A stretch of 64,000 bases of DNA from an uncultured archaeon (GTDB lineage: Archaea; Iainarchaeota; Iainarchaeia; Iainarchaeales; 1-14-0-10-31-34), in assembly GCA_964608675.1 (NCBI GenBank), contig CAZSOZ010000002.1, positions 203,013 to 267,012 on the forward strand. The letters are read 5' to 3'. Each line of letters starts with the position of its first letter. Position 1 is the stretch's first letter. The position numbers and the translations under genes were made by a program. Positions 39,241 to 49,756 of the stretch are shown here, piece by piece. Below the pieces are notes generated by a model that had not been told where the DNA came from, searched no databases, and was given only the letters and a program-made list of their open reading frames with translations.

Positions 39241-39414
39241 ATGGTTAAAATGACTAAAGGGCCCGGCGCCCAAGGGCCAAGTTCTTCTCTGGGAATAATG
39301 CGGTTTTTTGATGTAGATACAGGCGGACCAAAACTTTCTCCTGAATTTGTAGTTATTACAGCTTTAATGCTGATTATAGTAATTGTTTTAGTTAAAAACT
39401 TGAATTTAATTTAA
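39241..39414 (+). CDS. secG: Preprotein translocase subunit Sec61beta (not in ORF track)
   Basis: MVKMTKGPGAQGPSSSLGIMRFFDVDTGGPKLSPEFVVITALMLIIVIVLVKNLNLI*; G-I-M-R-F-F-D..KLSPE motif plus C-terminal TM. Confidence 0.88.
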   Translation: MVKMTKGPGAQGPSSSLGIMRFFDVDTGGPKLSPEFVVITALMLIIVIVLVKNLNLI

Positions 39415-39471
39415 CTAAAAAAAAAAGAAAAGATTTAAATTAAGTGAATTGTTTTTATTTAATGAGATAAA

Positions 39472-39651
39472 ATGCCTAAACCAAAAAAACCATTTAAAAA
39501 AAGGCTTCCAAGAGAAACCGCATACTTAAAAAGCACTTCAGCAAAAATCCCTGTTATTGAGTCTGCAAAAAAACTTGCCGGACAAGGAAATAATTTTGTT
39601 GGAATCAAAAAAAATGCTGAAGGAAAAAAAGTTTTTGTTTACCGAAAATGA
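39472..39651 (+). CDS. Small basic hypothetical protein, MPKPKKP N-terminus (not in ORF track)
   Basis: MPKPKKPFKKRLPRETAYLKSTSAKIPVIESAKKLAGQGNNFVGIKKNAEGKKVFVYRK*. Confidence 0.55.
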   Translation: MPKPKKPFKKRLPRETAYLKSTSAKIPVIESAKKLAGQGNNFVGIKKNAEGKKVFVYRK

Positions 39652-39721
39652 TTTTTTGATTTTCTTGGGGAAAAAAAACAAAACAAACTTTTTTAACTTA
39701 CTTTAACCTAATTTTAGAGAA

Positions 39722-42343
39722 ATGACAGAATATTATTCTTTAAATTTGAATGAAACATTCAATAAATTGAATTCAAATGAAAAAGGATTAAATGATGCAG
39801 AAGCATTCAACAGAAAAGAAAAATACGGTTTAAACAAATTAAAAAAAGAAAAAAAAACAAGCAAACTTGAAATTTTAGTTAATCAATTCAAAAGCCTGAT
39901 TATCTGGATTTTAATTGCCGCAGCATTAATTTCTTTTTTTATAGGAGAAACAGTTGATTCAATAGTAATACTTGTTTTAGTGATAATTAATGCAGTTATT
40001 GGTTTTATTCAGGAATACAACGCGGACAAATCAATTGAAGCACTAAAAAAATTAATGAACTTAAAAGCAGTAATAAAAAGAAACGGAAAAATAATTGAAA
40101 TAAATGCAGAACAGCTTGTGCCGGGAGACATAATTTTATTAGAAGAAGGAGCAAAAATTCCTGCAGACATAAGATTAATTGAAGCAGTTTCACTTGAAGC
40201 AATAGAGGCATCTTTAACAGGAGAAAGTCTTCCAGTAAAAAAGCAGACAAACAAACTAAATAAAGGCATTAATCTTGCAGAAAGAACCAACATGCTTTTT
40301 TCAGGAACAATTATTTCAAGAGGGAAAGGAAAAGGAATTGTGACTGCAACAGGAATGAATACAGAAATAGGAAAAATTGCAGGAATGCTTCAAGAACAAA
40401 AAGAACCGCCTACTCTGCTTCAAAAAAGGCTTGCAGTTCTTGGAAAATGGATTGCAATAGCAACCATAATAATTTGCATAATAGTTTTTTTCAGTCAAAT
40501 AATTCTTCATTTAGAAGGAATAACAGAAAAAGAAATAACAGAAGCATTTATGACTGCAGTAAGCCTTGCTGTTGCAGCAATTCCTGAAGGCCTTCCTGCA
40601 ATAGTAACTATTTCTCTTGCATTAGGAATCCAAAGAATGGTTAAAAAAAAGTCTTTAATCAGAAGGCTTCCTGCAGTTGAAACTTTGGGAAGCGTGGACG
40701 TAATTTGTTCAGATAAAACAGGAACTTTAACTAAAAATGAAATGACTGTAAGAGAAATATATTTTTCAGGAAAAAAAATTAAAATAACAGGAGAAGGATA
40801 CCAAACAAAAGGAAACTTTATTTCAGAAACCAGTGAATCAGTTGACTTAAGTTTGATTTTAAATGCAGGAGTTTTATGTAATAATTCTATTTTAGAGGAA
40901 ACCGAAAGAATAGGAGACCCCACTGAATTAAGTTTGCTTGTTGCAGGAGAAAAAGCTGGAATAAAAAAATTCAAGTTAGAACAATTGTATCCAAGAACAA
41001 GCGAGATTCCTTTTAGTTCAGAAAGAAAAATGATGACAACAATTCATTCACATAAAGGAAAAAAAATTTCTTTTACAAAAGGAGCGCCTGATGTAGTATT
41101 AGAATTGTGCACAAAAATATTTGAAAACGGAGAAATAAGACAAATAACATTCAAAGACAAACAAAAAATAAAAGAAATAAACGAAAGAATGGCAGAAAAA
41201 GCAATGAGAGTTTTAGGGTTTGCATTCAAAGAAGAAAATGAAAGCCCGGCAGAACAAAAACTTGTTTTTTTGGGTTTGCAGGCAATGAATGATCCCCCCA
41301 GAAAAGAAGTCAGGCATTCAATTGAATTATGCAGACAGGCAGGAATAAAAGTAATAATGATTACAGGAGACTATTTAGGAACAGCAAAAGCAATAGCACA
41401 AGAATTAAGTTTGGGAATTAATTCAATGACAGGAAAAGAATTAAATGAAATAACAGAAACAGAACTTGCAGAAAAAATTGAAGGAATAGATATTTTTGCA
41501 AGAGTTAATCCATCACATAAAATGAAAATTATTAAAGCATTGCAGGAAAAAAACCATGTTGTTGCAATGACCGGAGACGGAGTAAACGATTCCCCTGCAT
41601 TAAAAAAAGCAGACATGGGCATATCCATGGGAATAAAAGGAACAGACATCGCAAAAGAATCCAGTGAAATGGTTTTAATGGACGACAATTTTGCTTCAAT
41701 TGTTGATACAGTAAAAGAAGGAAGAGGAATTTACGACAACATAAGAAAGTTTGTGAATTATTTGCTTTCATGCAATTTAGGCGAAGTTCTCTTGATTTTT
41801 TTTGCAATATTAATTTGGTGGAATGAACCAGAAATAATTATTCCTTTAGTACCAATTCAATTATTATGGCTTAATATTGTCACAGATGGACTCCCTGCAT
41901 TAGCTTTAGGATTAGATCCAGCAGAAAAAGGAATAATGAAAAGAAAACCAAGAAAAGCAGAAGAACAAATATTAAATAAAAAAATGTTTTATTCAATTGC
42001 ATTTATTGGTGTTTTGATTGCAATAGGTTCTCTTGCATTATTTGCATTTCATTTGCCTGACTTAAGGCTGGCGCAAACAGTTGCATTCACTTCATTAGTT
42101 GTATTTGAAATCTTTAGACTGCAAACAATAAGAACAGAATTTAATATAGGAATTTTTTCAAATAAATGGTTAATAGGGGCAGTAATAACATCAATTCTGC
42201 TTCAACTTGCAGTAATTTACACTCCTTTAAATGTCTTCTTTAAAACAGTTCCATTAGGAATAAATGAATGGATTTTAATTATTGCAGTTTCAATACTGCT
42301 TTTTTTGACTGCAATGATTTTCAACAAAATAATAAAAGATTAA
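39722..42343 (+). CDS. P-type cation-transporting ATPase (type IIA, Ca2+-like)
   Basis: [43 protein letters not shown]. Confidence 0.95.
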   Translation: MTEYYSLNLNETFNKLNSNEKGLNDAEAFNRKEKYGLNKLKKEKKTSKLEILVNQFKSLIIWILIAAALISFFIGETVDSIVILVLVIINAVIGFIQEYNADKSIEALKKLMNLKAVIKRNGKIIEINAEQLVPGDIILLEEGAKIPADIRLIEAVSLEAIEASLTGESLPVKKQTNKLNKGINLAERTNMLFSGTIISRGKGKGIVTATGMNTEIGKIAGMLQEQKEPPTLLQKRLAVLGKWIAIATIIICIIVFFSQIILHLEGITEKEITEAFMTAVSLAVAAIPEGLPAIVTISLALGIQRMVKKKSLIRRLPAVETLGSVDVICSDKTGTLTKNEMTVREIYFSGKKIKITGEGYQTKGNFISETSESVDLSLILNAGVLCNNSILEETERIGDPTELSLLVAGEKAGIKKFKLEQLYPRTSEIPFSSERKMMTTIHSHKGKKISFTKGAPDVVLELCTKIFENGEIRQITFKDKQKIKEINERMAEKAMRVLGFAFKEENESPAEQKLVFLGLQAMNDPPRKEVRHSIELCRQAGIKVIMITGDYLGTAKAIAQELSLGINSMTGKELNEITETELAEKIEGIDIFARVNPSHKMKIIKALQEKNHVVAMTGDGVNDSPALKKADMGISMGIKGTDIAKESSEMVLMDDNFASIVDTVKEGRGIYDNIRKFVNYLLSCNLGEVLLIFFAILIWWNEPEIIIPLVPIQLLWLNIVTDGLPALALGLDPAEKGIMKRKPRKAEEQILNKKMFYSIAFIGVLIAIGSLALFAFHLPDLRLAQTVAFTSLVVFEIFRLQTIRTEFNIGIFSNKWLIGAVITSILLQLAVIYTPLNVFFKTVPLGINEWILIIAVSILLFLTAMIFNKIIKD

Positions 42344-42347
42344 ATAA

Positions 42348-42857
42348 TTATTTTTGAATGATTTGAGTTTCTTTTGTTCCAAAAATAATTTCACAAAATT
42401 TTTTGAGTCCGGTTACAATCAAATCACGACAATAATCAATTATATCTGGTTCATCCAATACAAAAACATTAAAAAACCCTGTTCCTGTGTACCCTGATCC
42501 AGTAATGATTTCTGCAGTATAATCTCCTGTATGCCAGAGGGAACCAAAAGCCAAAGAAGCACTTGTATCAAGAGTCCAGAAAGCTTTTCCCTGCGAATTT
42601 GTTAATTTAGAATCATCAAGAGGAATGCCTTGATTTTGGTTTTCGTCAATAATTCTTAATTCAACTATTTCTCCTGAAACAGGATGTTTTGTTTCATATT
42701 CATCTAAAGTATAAACATAAACAGTTATTACAGTTGAATCTCCTTGTTCAACAAAAAGAGGGTCAGCAGAAACTTCAACATGTTGAACTACAGCAAAAAC
42801 AAAACTTATAACTAATAAAAAACAGAAAAAAAATAATACACTAAACTTTTTATTCAA
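42348..42857 (-). CDS. Secreted hypothetical protein, Ig-like beta fold likely
   Basis: Signal peptide; beta-rich, LTNSQGKA and GDYTAEI motifs. Confidence 0.6.
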   Translation of the reverse strand: MNKKFSVLFFFCFLLVISFVFAVVQHVEVSADPLFVEQGDSTVITVYVYTLDEYETKHPVSGEIVELRIIDENQNQGIPLDDSKLTNSQGKAFWTLDTSASLAFGSLWHTGDYTAEIITGSGYTGTGFFNVFVLDEPDIIDYCRDLIVTGLKKFCEIIFGTKETQIIQK

Positions 42858-42932
42858 TTACTCCAAAAAAAAAAATAATGAAACAAACTATTTAAAAAAT
42901 AGTGGATTGAAAACGAAATCAGCCAAAAAGAC

Positions 42933-42983
42933 AAAAAAAAAATATTTCGGTTGACTTTTGCTTTTAGTGCATTCAACCGAAAT
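42933..42983 (-). terminator. Hairpin followed by a U-tract downstream of the thioredoxin-fold gene
   Basis: 11-bp inverted repeat ATTTCGGTTGA (42944-54) / TCAACCGAAAT (42973-83), then T10 on the minus strand. Confidence 0.5.
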
Positions 42984-42989
42984 CAAATT

Positions 42990-44582
42990 TTAACAGCTTC
43001 CTGCAGGAACTGTGCCGGAATTTCCTGAAAGCTCTGCATCACAGCCTTCCAAGCCGGAATTATAAGAACAAACTATTTTCTGTATTTCTGCAGGAGTATA
43101 AGTAAAAGTCTGGCTTGGCTTCAATACAATTTGTCCGTTAAAAACAAAGTTTGGTGAACCGCTTACTCCATATTCAGATGCAACAGAAATGTTTTCTTTA
43201 AATAATTCTTTTCCTTGAGTTGAATAACAGGATTCAATTGTTTTTACATCAATTTCGTTCTTAATTGCACAGGCTTTCCAGTTTCCTTCAACGTTTTTAA
43301 TGTCTTCATTAACACATTCAAGGTAATCCAGTAATTTATCAGGATAATTTCTTTGAATGCAAACCTGCCTTATTCCTTCGTTTACTTCAACTTGTCCATG
43401 CAAAGAACTAAAACCTGATTCAGTTGTTTCGTCTTCTGAAGCAATAAAATAAAAACTGTAAGTTAAATCAGGCATTACTTCAGCAACCTGCTTTAAGTTT
43501 GTTTCAGCTTTTATTCCATAAGGACACTGGCTCATAACAAACAAATCAATATGATTTGGTTTTTCTGTTCTTTTAAAGAATTTTATTCCATTAAAATTCA
43601 AGGCATACAATTCCTCGTTTTTTGCAGTATAAATTTTAAAGTCTTCAAAATTATAGTGTTTAGTTAAAGTTTCATCAAAGTACATAAAAGGAAGTGTTTC
43701 AACCTGAAATTTTTCTAGAACTGTTTTTCCTTCCTCTGAATCAAAACTTATTTCTTTAACATTTAATTCAGGAAACCAGCTTTTTATTTGAGGAATAATC
43801 CAGGAAACATCACATTCACTGCAAGTTGAATCATTTACAATAAAAAAATTCACTGGAGTTTCTTCTGGAAGAGTTGAACAAACTTCTGCGTCAGTCAAAG
43901 AACACAAATGCCTTGTAATTTGTTCAGCTGTTCTTCCCTCTGAATAAAGTTCATCGTTAATGTAATAAGTAGGAGAAGCATTAACCATTAAGTCTTTAGA
44001 CAAAGCAACATTTTCTTTGAATGATTGTTTTCCTTCCTCTGAATTAACGCATGATTCAACTTCTGAAGGATTAATTCCTACTTTTTCTGCACAGGATTTC
44101 CAGTTTGACGCAACATTAGAAATATCAGAATTAACGCATTCAAGGTAATCAAATAATTGTTTTTGAGAATAATTTTCCTGAATGCAGTTCTGCCTCATGT
44201 CTTCCTGCAGTTCAGCCATTCCATGCAAAGAAACAAAACCGTTTTCTGTTTCAGATGCAAGGAAATATAATTTAAAGTCAACTTTGTCTCCAAAAGACTC
44301 AATTACAGGCATTATTGTATCTTCTGCCTGTGTTCCATAAGGACACTGACTCATAACAAACAAATCAAGAGAAACAGAATCAGCGTTTGTTTTATTGCCA
44401 GCATCTGTTTTATTGTTATTGTTGTTTAATAAAATAATTTTTCCTGTTGGATTCAATTCATTAAATCCATATGTTCCAAATGCAATTCCTACAATTAAAA
44501 TTACAGCCAAAGATATAATCAAATTTCTTCCAGCCAAAAAAGTTTTCGGTGCAATTTTTTCTGAATTACTCTCTTTTTCCAA
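42990..44582 (-). CDS. Membrane-anchored multi-thioredoxin-fold (DsbA/GILT-like) protein
   Basis: Two repeats of DLFVMSQCPYG...SLHG..E..E..RQ.CIQ...SP, central CSEC domain, N-terminal TM. Confidence 0.75.
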   Translation of the reverse strand: MEKESNSEKIAPKTFLAGRNLIISLAVILIVGIAFGTYGFNELNPTGKIILLNNNNNKTDAGNKTNADSVSLDLFVMSQCPYGTQAEDTIMPVIESFGDKVDFKLYFLASETENGFVSLHGMAELQEDMRQNCIQENYSQKQLFDYLECVNSDISNVASNWKSCAEKVGINPSEVESCVNSEEGKQSFKENVALSKDLMVNASPTYYINDELYSEGRTAEQITRHLCSLTDAEVCSTLPEETPVNFFIVNDSTCSECDVSWIIPQIKSWFPELNVKEISFDSEEGKTVLEKFQVETLPFMYFDETLTKHYNFEDFKIYTAKNEELYALNFNGIKFFKRTEKPNHIDLFVMSQCPYGIKAETNLKQVAEVMPDLTYSFYFIASEDETTESGFSSLHGQVEVNEGIRQVCIQRNYPDKLLDYLECVNEDIKNVEGNWKACAIKNEIDVKTIESCYSTQGKELFKENISVASEYGVSGSPNFVFNGQIVLKPSQTFTYTPAEIQKIVCSYNSGLEGCDAELSGNSGTVPAGSC

Positions 44583-44687
44583 ATATATTCCTCCAATTAA
44601 AAAGGCAAAAAAAAACCCTTATTTTCTTAATTAATAAGGGTTAAAAAAGTATTTAAAGCATTTTATTTGGTTAGCTTTAAATGTAAT

Positions 44688-45092
44688 TCAGCACAACTGA
44701 ATTGTATCTAATTTATCAAATTCTGTATTGCATTCATGAGAATCAATGCATTTTCTTGTTTGAATGCCTTTAGTGCATGGCCCCCATTCCTGACATTCCC
44801 ATTCTTCAATGCAGTCTTGAATTCTAGGGCAGCCGTCATTTGGAACGTCTTTGCATTCAAGCCATACGCCGTTAGAACAATGCTGTATTCCCTGACAGTC
44901 TTCCAAAGCAACACAAGGCCTTGATTCATTGTCATTGCATTCAGGTTCACCTGCATCAGAAGAAACTGAAATTTTGTTATCAGCTTTTTCCTTTGAATTC
45001 AAATTTATTATAGCGTTTCCAGTGGGTTCCTCTGAACATCCAGAAAAAGCCAGAATTAAAACTAAAAATCCAACAAAAAACAGTTTATTCAT
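44688..45092 (-). CDS. Cys-rich lipoprotein with TSP1-like repeat
   Basis: AFSGC lipobox; CQGIQHCSNGVWLEC and CIEEWECQEWGPCTKGIQTRKCID. Confidence 0.7.
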   Translation of the reverse strand: MNKLFFVGFLVLILAFSGCSEEPTGNAIINLNSKEKADNKISVSSDAGEPECNDNESRPCVALEDCQGIQHCSNGVWLECKDVPNDGCPRIQDCIEEWECQEWGPCTKGIQTRKCIDSHECNTEFDKLDTIQLC

Positions 45093-45155
45093 TTTTTTTT
45101 CCTCCAAAAAATTTTTCATAACAAACTAAACCCAGTTCTCATATAAAAACTTTTC

Positions 45156-45581
45156 TTAAATTTTTGATTTAATTTGAGACAAACTTTCTTTTATTTGATC
45201 CAAGTCTTCCTGCATGTCTTCAATTTCTCTTTCAGCTTTACGGTTAATCCTGTAATCTCTTTCAGCTTTAGTTCTGTCTCTCTGCATCTGTCTGTTCTGG
45301 CTCATTAAAATAATTGGAGCCTGAATTGCAGCCAACAAACTTAAACCAAGGTTAAGCAAAATGAATGGATAAGGATCCCATACTCCAACAATCAACCCAT
45401 ACAAATTTAAAGCAATCCAGACAACAACAACCATTCCAAAAATAATTATAAAAGTCCAGCTTCCTCCAAATTCAGTTATAACATCTGCTGCTTTTTCTCC
45501 AAAATTCCTTTTTTTTGGATAATAATGAGAATTCACATTAAAAGCATCTAGTTTGTTTATTGGCTTTTTTATTTTTTTCAT
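45156..45581 (-). CDS. DUF1003 membrane protein
   Basis: FGGSWTFI, DPYPFILLNL, AIQAPIILMSQNRQ. Confidence 0.92.
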   Translation of the reverse strand: MKKIKKPINKLDAFNVNSHYYPKKRNFGEKAADVITEFGGSWTFIIIFGMVVVVWIALNLYGLIVGVWDPYPFILLNLGLSLLAAIQAPIILMSQNRQMQRDRTKAERDYRINRKAEREIEDMQEDLDQIKESLSQIKSKI

Positions 45582-45653
45582 TCACAAAGAAAAGGAAAAA
45601 CTAGTTAATAAAAATTACTATTGATGTTTTTTTGTTTTAATAGGATTGGCTGA

Positions 45654-45899
45654 TCAAAAAACAGGTTCTTCTTTTATTAGTTTACCTGTATTTCCATCAA
45701 AAATTCTTCTTTTTGTATTTAAAGAATGAGGGCGTATTTCAATATATGTATGGGTTTTTGGGTCATAATGAAAATGCCTGCTTTTGTTATTGAAGGCCTT
45801 CATCATTTCTTTTTCAGTTAATTGTTTTCCTCTTAAAACATTAAATAAAGTTCTTATTTTTCTAATTGGCTTTTTCTGAAAAAAAGGTTTTTTTGGCAT
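45654..45899 (-). CDS. Small basic hypothetical protein, MPKKP N-terminus
   Basis: MPKKPFFQKKPIRKIRTLF...; directly after the valS stop. Confidence 0.6.
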   Translation of the reverse strand: MPKKPFFQKKPIRKIRTLFNVLRGKQLTEKEMMKAFNNKSRHFHYDPKTHTYIEIRPHSLNTKRRIFDGNTGKLIKEEPVF

Positions 45900-45907
45900 A
45901 AAAAAAA

Positions 45908-48295
45908 TCACTCCACAAGCTTTATATGAAAGTTTCCTTCAGAAACTTTTTTTGTATTCAAAACAGCTTTCAAGTCATTCAAAGCATTATCTATTCTGTT
46001 CAGCTTTTTTTTCTCTAAAGTTAATTCTATTTCTGCTTTAACTGAAACCTGCTTTGATGCCTTAAATTTCCTTACAGAAGAAATAACTTTAACTGCTTCT
46101 TCTCCTGCAAGAAAAGCTTTTTCATTTACAAGAGTTTTATTAAATTCAGGGAAATTAGATATATGAATACTTTTTTGTTTTTCTTTTTCTGAAAAATACA
46201 AATGATAAATTTCTTCTGTAATAAAAGGCATGATTGGAGCAAAACCCTTTAAGATGCCAAACAAAATTTTTTCTAAAGTGAATTGAGCAGACTGTTTTGA
46301 TTGTTTTCCTCTTTTGTCAGGATTATAAATTCTGTCTTTAATTAACTCCAAATAATTGTCTGTAAAATCCTGCCAAAAAAACAATTCAAGTTCTGCTTTT
46401 GCTTTGCTGTATTCATATTTATCAAAATGATCAGCCATAGATTTAACAACTGAATTAAATTTATGCAAAATCCATTCATCCATTAACTCAAGTTTTAAAG
46501 GTTTTTTTCCGTCAAAATCTTCCAGATTCATAATTGAAAACTTTGAAGCATTCCAGAGTTTAGTAATTAATTTTTGTCCTGTTTGAACGTCTTTTTCCTG
46601 AAAAGGAGCATCGTTTCCTAAATTAATGCTTGAAGCCCAATACCTTAAAGCGTCAGCTGAATATTTTTCAATTATCTGCTGAGGAGTAATTATATTTCCT
46701 TTTGATTTGCTCATTTTTTTTCCTTTTGAATCCAAACCCCATCCTGAAATCATTATGTTCTCCCATGGAATTTTCTTTGTATGCAGAATGCTTTTTACAA
46801 CTGTATTGAAAGCCCAAAAAGAAATAATATCATGAGCCTGAGGCCTTAAATCCATAGGAAAAACTTTTTTATTGAAATTTTTTCCATTCCATTCAGCATT
46901 AATTAAAGGAGTCAAAGAACTTGTAGCCCAGGTATCTAAAACATCTTTTTCGGATTCAAATTCATTTGAACCACACACACAAGATTTTTTTGGTTTGTCT
47001 TTTAACGGGTCAACAGGCAAATCTTTTTTGTCTGCCAAAATTATTTCTCCGCATTTTTTGCAGTACCAAACCGGAAAAGGAATTCCATAAAATCTTTGGC
47101 GGGAAATACACCAGTCCCACTGCAAGCCTTTAATCCAGTTATCATATCTGTGCTTCATGTAATCAGGAAACCAGTTTAATTCATTTCCTGCTTTTAAAAA
47201 ATCTTCTTTCAAGTCAAGGTATTTGATAAACCATTGTTTTGTAACCAAAAATTCAATAGGTGTCTGACATCTTTCATGCACATTTACTGTGTGTTTTATT
47301 GGCCTTTGCTCTTTCAATAAACCTTTTGATTTCAATTCATCTAAAATTGCTTTTCTTGCTTCAAAAAGTTTAAGGCCTGCAAACTTTCCTGCTTTTTCAT
47401 TTAATCTGCCGTTTTCATCAATAATGATTCTCAAAGGAAGATTATATGCTTTCCACCACTCCATGTCCACTTGGTCCCCAAAAGTGCAGTTCATTACAAT
47501 TCCGCTTCCCTTTGATGGATCAACTCTTGTATCTCCAATTACTTTCACTGAATAATTCATTAAAGGCACTTTAATTTTTTTTCCAATTAAATCTTTGCTT
47601 CTTTTGTCTTCAGGGTTAACCATTACAGCAACACAAGCAGGAATTAATTCCGGGCGGGTAGTAGAAATAATAATTTTTTTTCCGCCCTCTAATTCAAAAA
47701 AAATGTCATTAAAAAAAGAATCAAATTCTTTGTCTTCTAATTCAACCTGTGAAATAGCTGTACGGCAGTCAGGACACCAGATTGTAGGAGCTTCCTTTCT
47801 GTATTCTCTTCCCATTTCATACAATTCAATAAAAGAAAGCTGGGAAATTTTTCTTGCTTCAGGGCTTATAGTACTGTAAAATAAATTCCAGTCACAGCTG
47901 ATTCCAAGGCTGTCCCAGACTTTTTTATATTCTTCTTCTGCTTTAGCTGTTTCTTCCAAACAAATTGAAATAAATTCATTTCTGTCCATTTTATTTGCTT
48001 TAATTTTTCTTTTTTTTTCAACAAATTTTTCTGTCGGGAGGCCGTTGTCATCAAAACCAAATGGATAAAATACATTGAATCCTTTCATTCTCTTATATCG
48101 GGCAATAAATTCTGCCTGTGAATAAGAAAAAGCATGGCCTATATGAATTGTTCCAGAAATAGTCGGCGGAGGAGTATCAATTGAATAAACTTTTTTGCTG
48201 TTGTCTTCCCTGAAAACAAAAAACCTTTCTTTTTTCCAAAAAGCACTCCACTTTTTTTCTGATTCCTTTGAATTATACTTTTTTGGCAGTTCCAT
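45908..48295 (-). CDS. valS: Valine--tRNA ligase (archaeal type)
   Basis: DTPPPTISGTIHIGH, WDWCISRQR, DTWATSS, KMSKSKGN. Confidence 0.96.
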   Translation of the reverse strand: MELPKKYNSKESEKKWSAFWKKERFFVFREDNSKKVYSIDTPPPTISGTIHIGHAFSYSQAEFIARYKRMKGFNVFYPFGFDDNGLPTEKFVEKKRKIKANKMDRNEFISICLEETAKAEEEYKKVWDSLGISCDWNLFYSTISPEARKISQLSFIELYEMGREYRKEAPTIWCPDCRTAISQVELEDKEFDSFFNDIFFELEGGKKIIISTTRPELIPACVAVMVNPEDKRSKDLIGKKIKVPLMNYSVKVIGDTRVDPSKGSGIVMNCTFGDQVDMEWWKAYNLPLRIIIDENGRLNEKAGKFAGLKLFEARKAILDELKSKGLLKEQRPIKHTVNVHERCQTPIEFLVTKQWFIKYLDLKEDFLKAGNELNWFPDYMKHRYDNWIKGLQWDWCISRQRFYGIPFPVWYCKKCGEIILADKKDLPVDPLKDKPKKSCVCGSNEFESEKDVLDTWATSSLTPLINAEWNGKNFNKKVFPMDLRPQAHDIISFWAFNTVVKSILHTKKIPWENIMISGWGLDSKGKKMSKSKGNIITPQQIIEKYSADALRYWASSINLGNDAPFQEKDVQTGQKLITKLWNASKFSIMNLEDFDGKKPLKLELMDEWILHKFNSVVKSMADHFDKYEYSKAKAELELFFWQDFTDNYLELIKDRIYNPDKRGKQSKQSAQFTLEKILFGILKGFAPIMPFITEEIYHLYFSEKEKQKSIHISNFPEFNKTLVNEKAFLAGEEAVKVISSVRKFKASKQVSVKAEIELTLEKKKLNRIDNALNDLKAVLNTKKVSEGNFHIKLVE

Positions 48296-48349
48296 TCTAA
48301 AAACAAGCAAAAAAAGAATTAATAAAGTATTCCAACAAAAAGTATTATT

Positions 48350-49102
48350 ATGGCTGAAATAAAGAAAGAAAAAGGAAAAATTTTTCTGGAATTAAATGAA
48401 AAAGAACAAAAAGAGCTTGAAACAGAAAAAAACTTGTTTGAATTAAACAAAGTGAAAGATGTTTTTTTACTGACTGAATCAGAACAAGAAATAAAAAAAG
48501 AAAATAGTTTGTTTGACGAAAAAAATCAAAAATTTGATGAAAAAATTTTTGAACTGCTTTCAGAAAAAGGAAAGCAGGCTTTATCAAAAAAAGTTGAAGG
48601 AGAATTCGAAAAACAGTTGTCAGACAAAGAAAAACAAAGATTTGAAGAATTACTGAAAGAAGGATTAATAGAAAAATTCAAGTTAAATGAATCATACAAA
48701 AAAGCAATTTACAGGATTTCATCAAAAGGAAAAAAAATAAATAAAAAAAACTTTGATATTAATTCAAATGCAAAAACCATTGAATCAAACGGATTTCAGG
48801 TAATGGTAAATGAAGGGCAAGCAAAAAATTTCTGCGAACAGTTTGCAGGAGAAATAAAAGAAAATCAAATTAAAGGAACAAGAGGATTTGACGGATACTT
48901 TTATGCAATAGATTCAAGCCTGCTTGAAGAATTAAAACCAAAAATAATTAATGCATTAAAACAACAGAACACTGTTTCTTTATCACAGTTAAATGAAAAA
49001 ACTTCACTTCCAAATCCATTAATCAAAGGAATACTGGAATTCTTAAAAGAAGACGGAGAAGTTTTAGAAAAAAGAAAAGGAATCTATCAATTAATCGAAT
49101 AA
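48350..49102 (+). CDS. Hypothetical protein with C-terminal winged helix
   Basis: KGTRGFDGYFY; C-terminal LSQLNEKT..LIKGILEFLKEDGEVLEKRKGIY. Confidence 0.65.
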   Translation: MAEIKKEKGKIFLELNEKEQKELETEKNLFELNKVKDVFLLTESEQEIKKENSLFDEKNQKFDEKIFELLSEKGKQALSKKVEGEFEKQLSDKEKQRFEELLKEGLIEKFKLNESYKKAIYRISSKGKKINKKNFDINSNAKTIESNGFQVMVNEGQAKNFCEQFAGEIKENQIKGTRGFDGYFYAIDSSLLEELKPKIINALKQQNTVSLSQLNEKTSLPNPLIKGILEFLKEDGEVLEKRKGIYQLIE

Positions 49103-49162
49103 ACATACTTGATTAATGGTTGTAGAGGTAAGAATTTTAAACCAGTAAAGCGTTATTCAATT

Positions 49163-49756
49163 ATGAAAGTATTAATTCCTCTGTTATCAAAATATGAACT
49201 GAATGAAGATTTTTTGGATAAAGCAGTTAAAGGCTCCAGTGAAGTAATTCTATTAATGGTAATTGATGCAGAAAAAGGAAGTTCATTAAAGGCATCAGAT
49301 ATTTCAAGTTCAACTCATTTCATGGAAGAAGTAAAAAAAGCAATAGGAAAAAAAAGAAAGTCCTGCGAAGAATTCACTGAATGGGGGGAGCCCGCAAAAA
49401 AAATCAAGAACACTGCAATCATAAATAAGGCAGACAAAATCGCTTTATTAAAACAGGAAAACCAGTGGTTTGAAAAAATCCTTGAAGAACTAAAAAAAGA
49501 AAAAGAAATCAAAAACAGGCTTCATGTAATTGAAGTTGATTTTCAAAAACCTGAAATAGAAGATTTAAAAGACTGGGAAGAAAACAAAGAAAAAACAAAA
49601 AAAGAAAACAAAGAAACAGAAGAAGAAAAAAAACTTGTTCAAAAAAAAGATTTAATAAATGAAACAAAAAAAATTGCAGACAAACTCCTTAAAACAGGCT
49701 TCAAAGGAATTGATTCAATCAAAAAAATCCGATTCAAAAAAAACAAAGAAGACTAA
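49163..49756 (+). CDS. Universal-stress-protein-like domain with charged tail
   Basis: MKVLIP, VILLMVID, EWGEPAKKIKNTA..NKADKI. Confidence 0.6.
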   Translation: MKVLIPLLSKYELNEDFLDKAVKGSSEVILLMVIDAEKGSSLKASDISSSTHFMEEVKKAIGKKRKSCEEFTEWGEPAKKIKNTAIINKADKIALLKQENQWFEKILEELKKEKEIKNRLHVIEVDFQKPEIEDLKDWEENKEKTKKENKETEEEKKLVQKKDLINETKKIADKLLKTGFKGIDSIKKIRFKKNKED

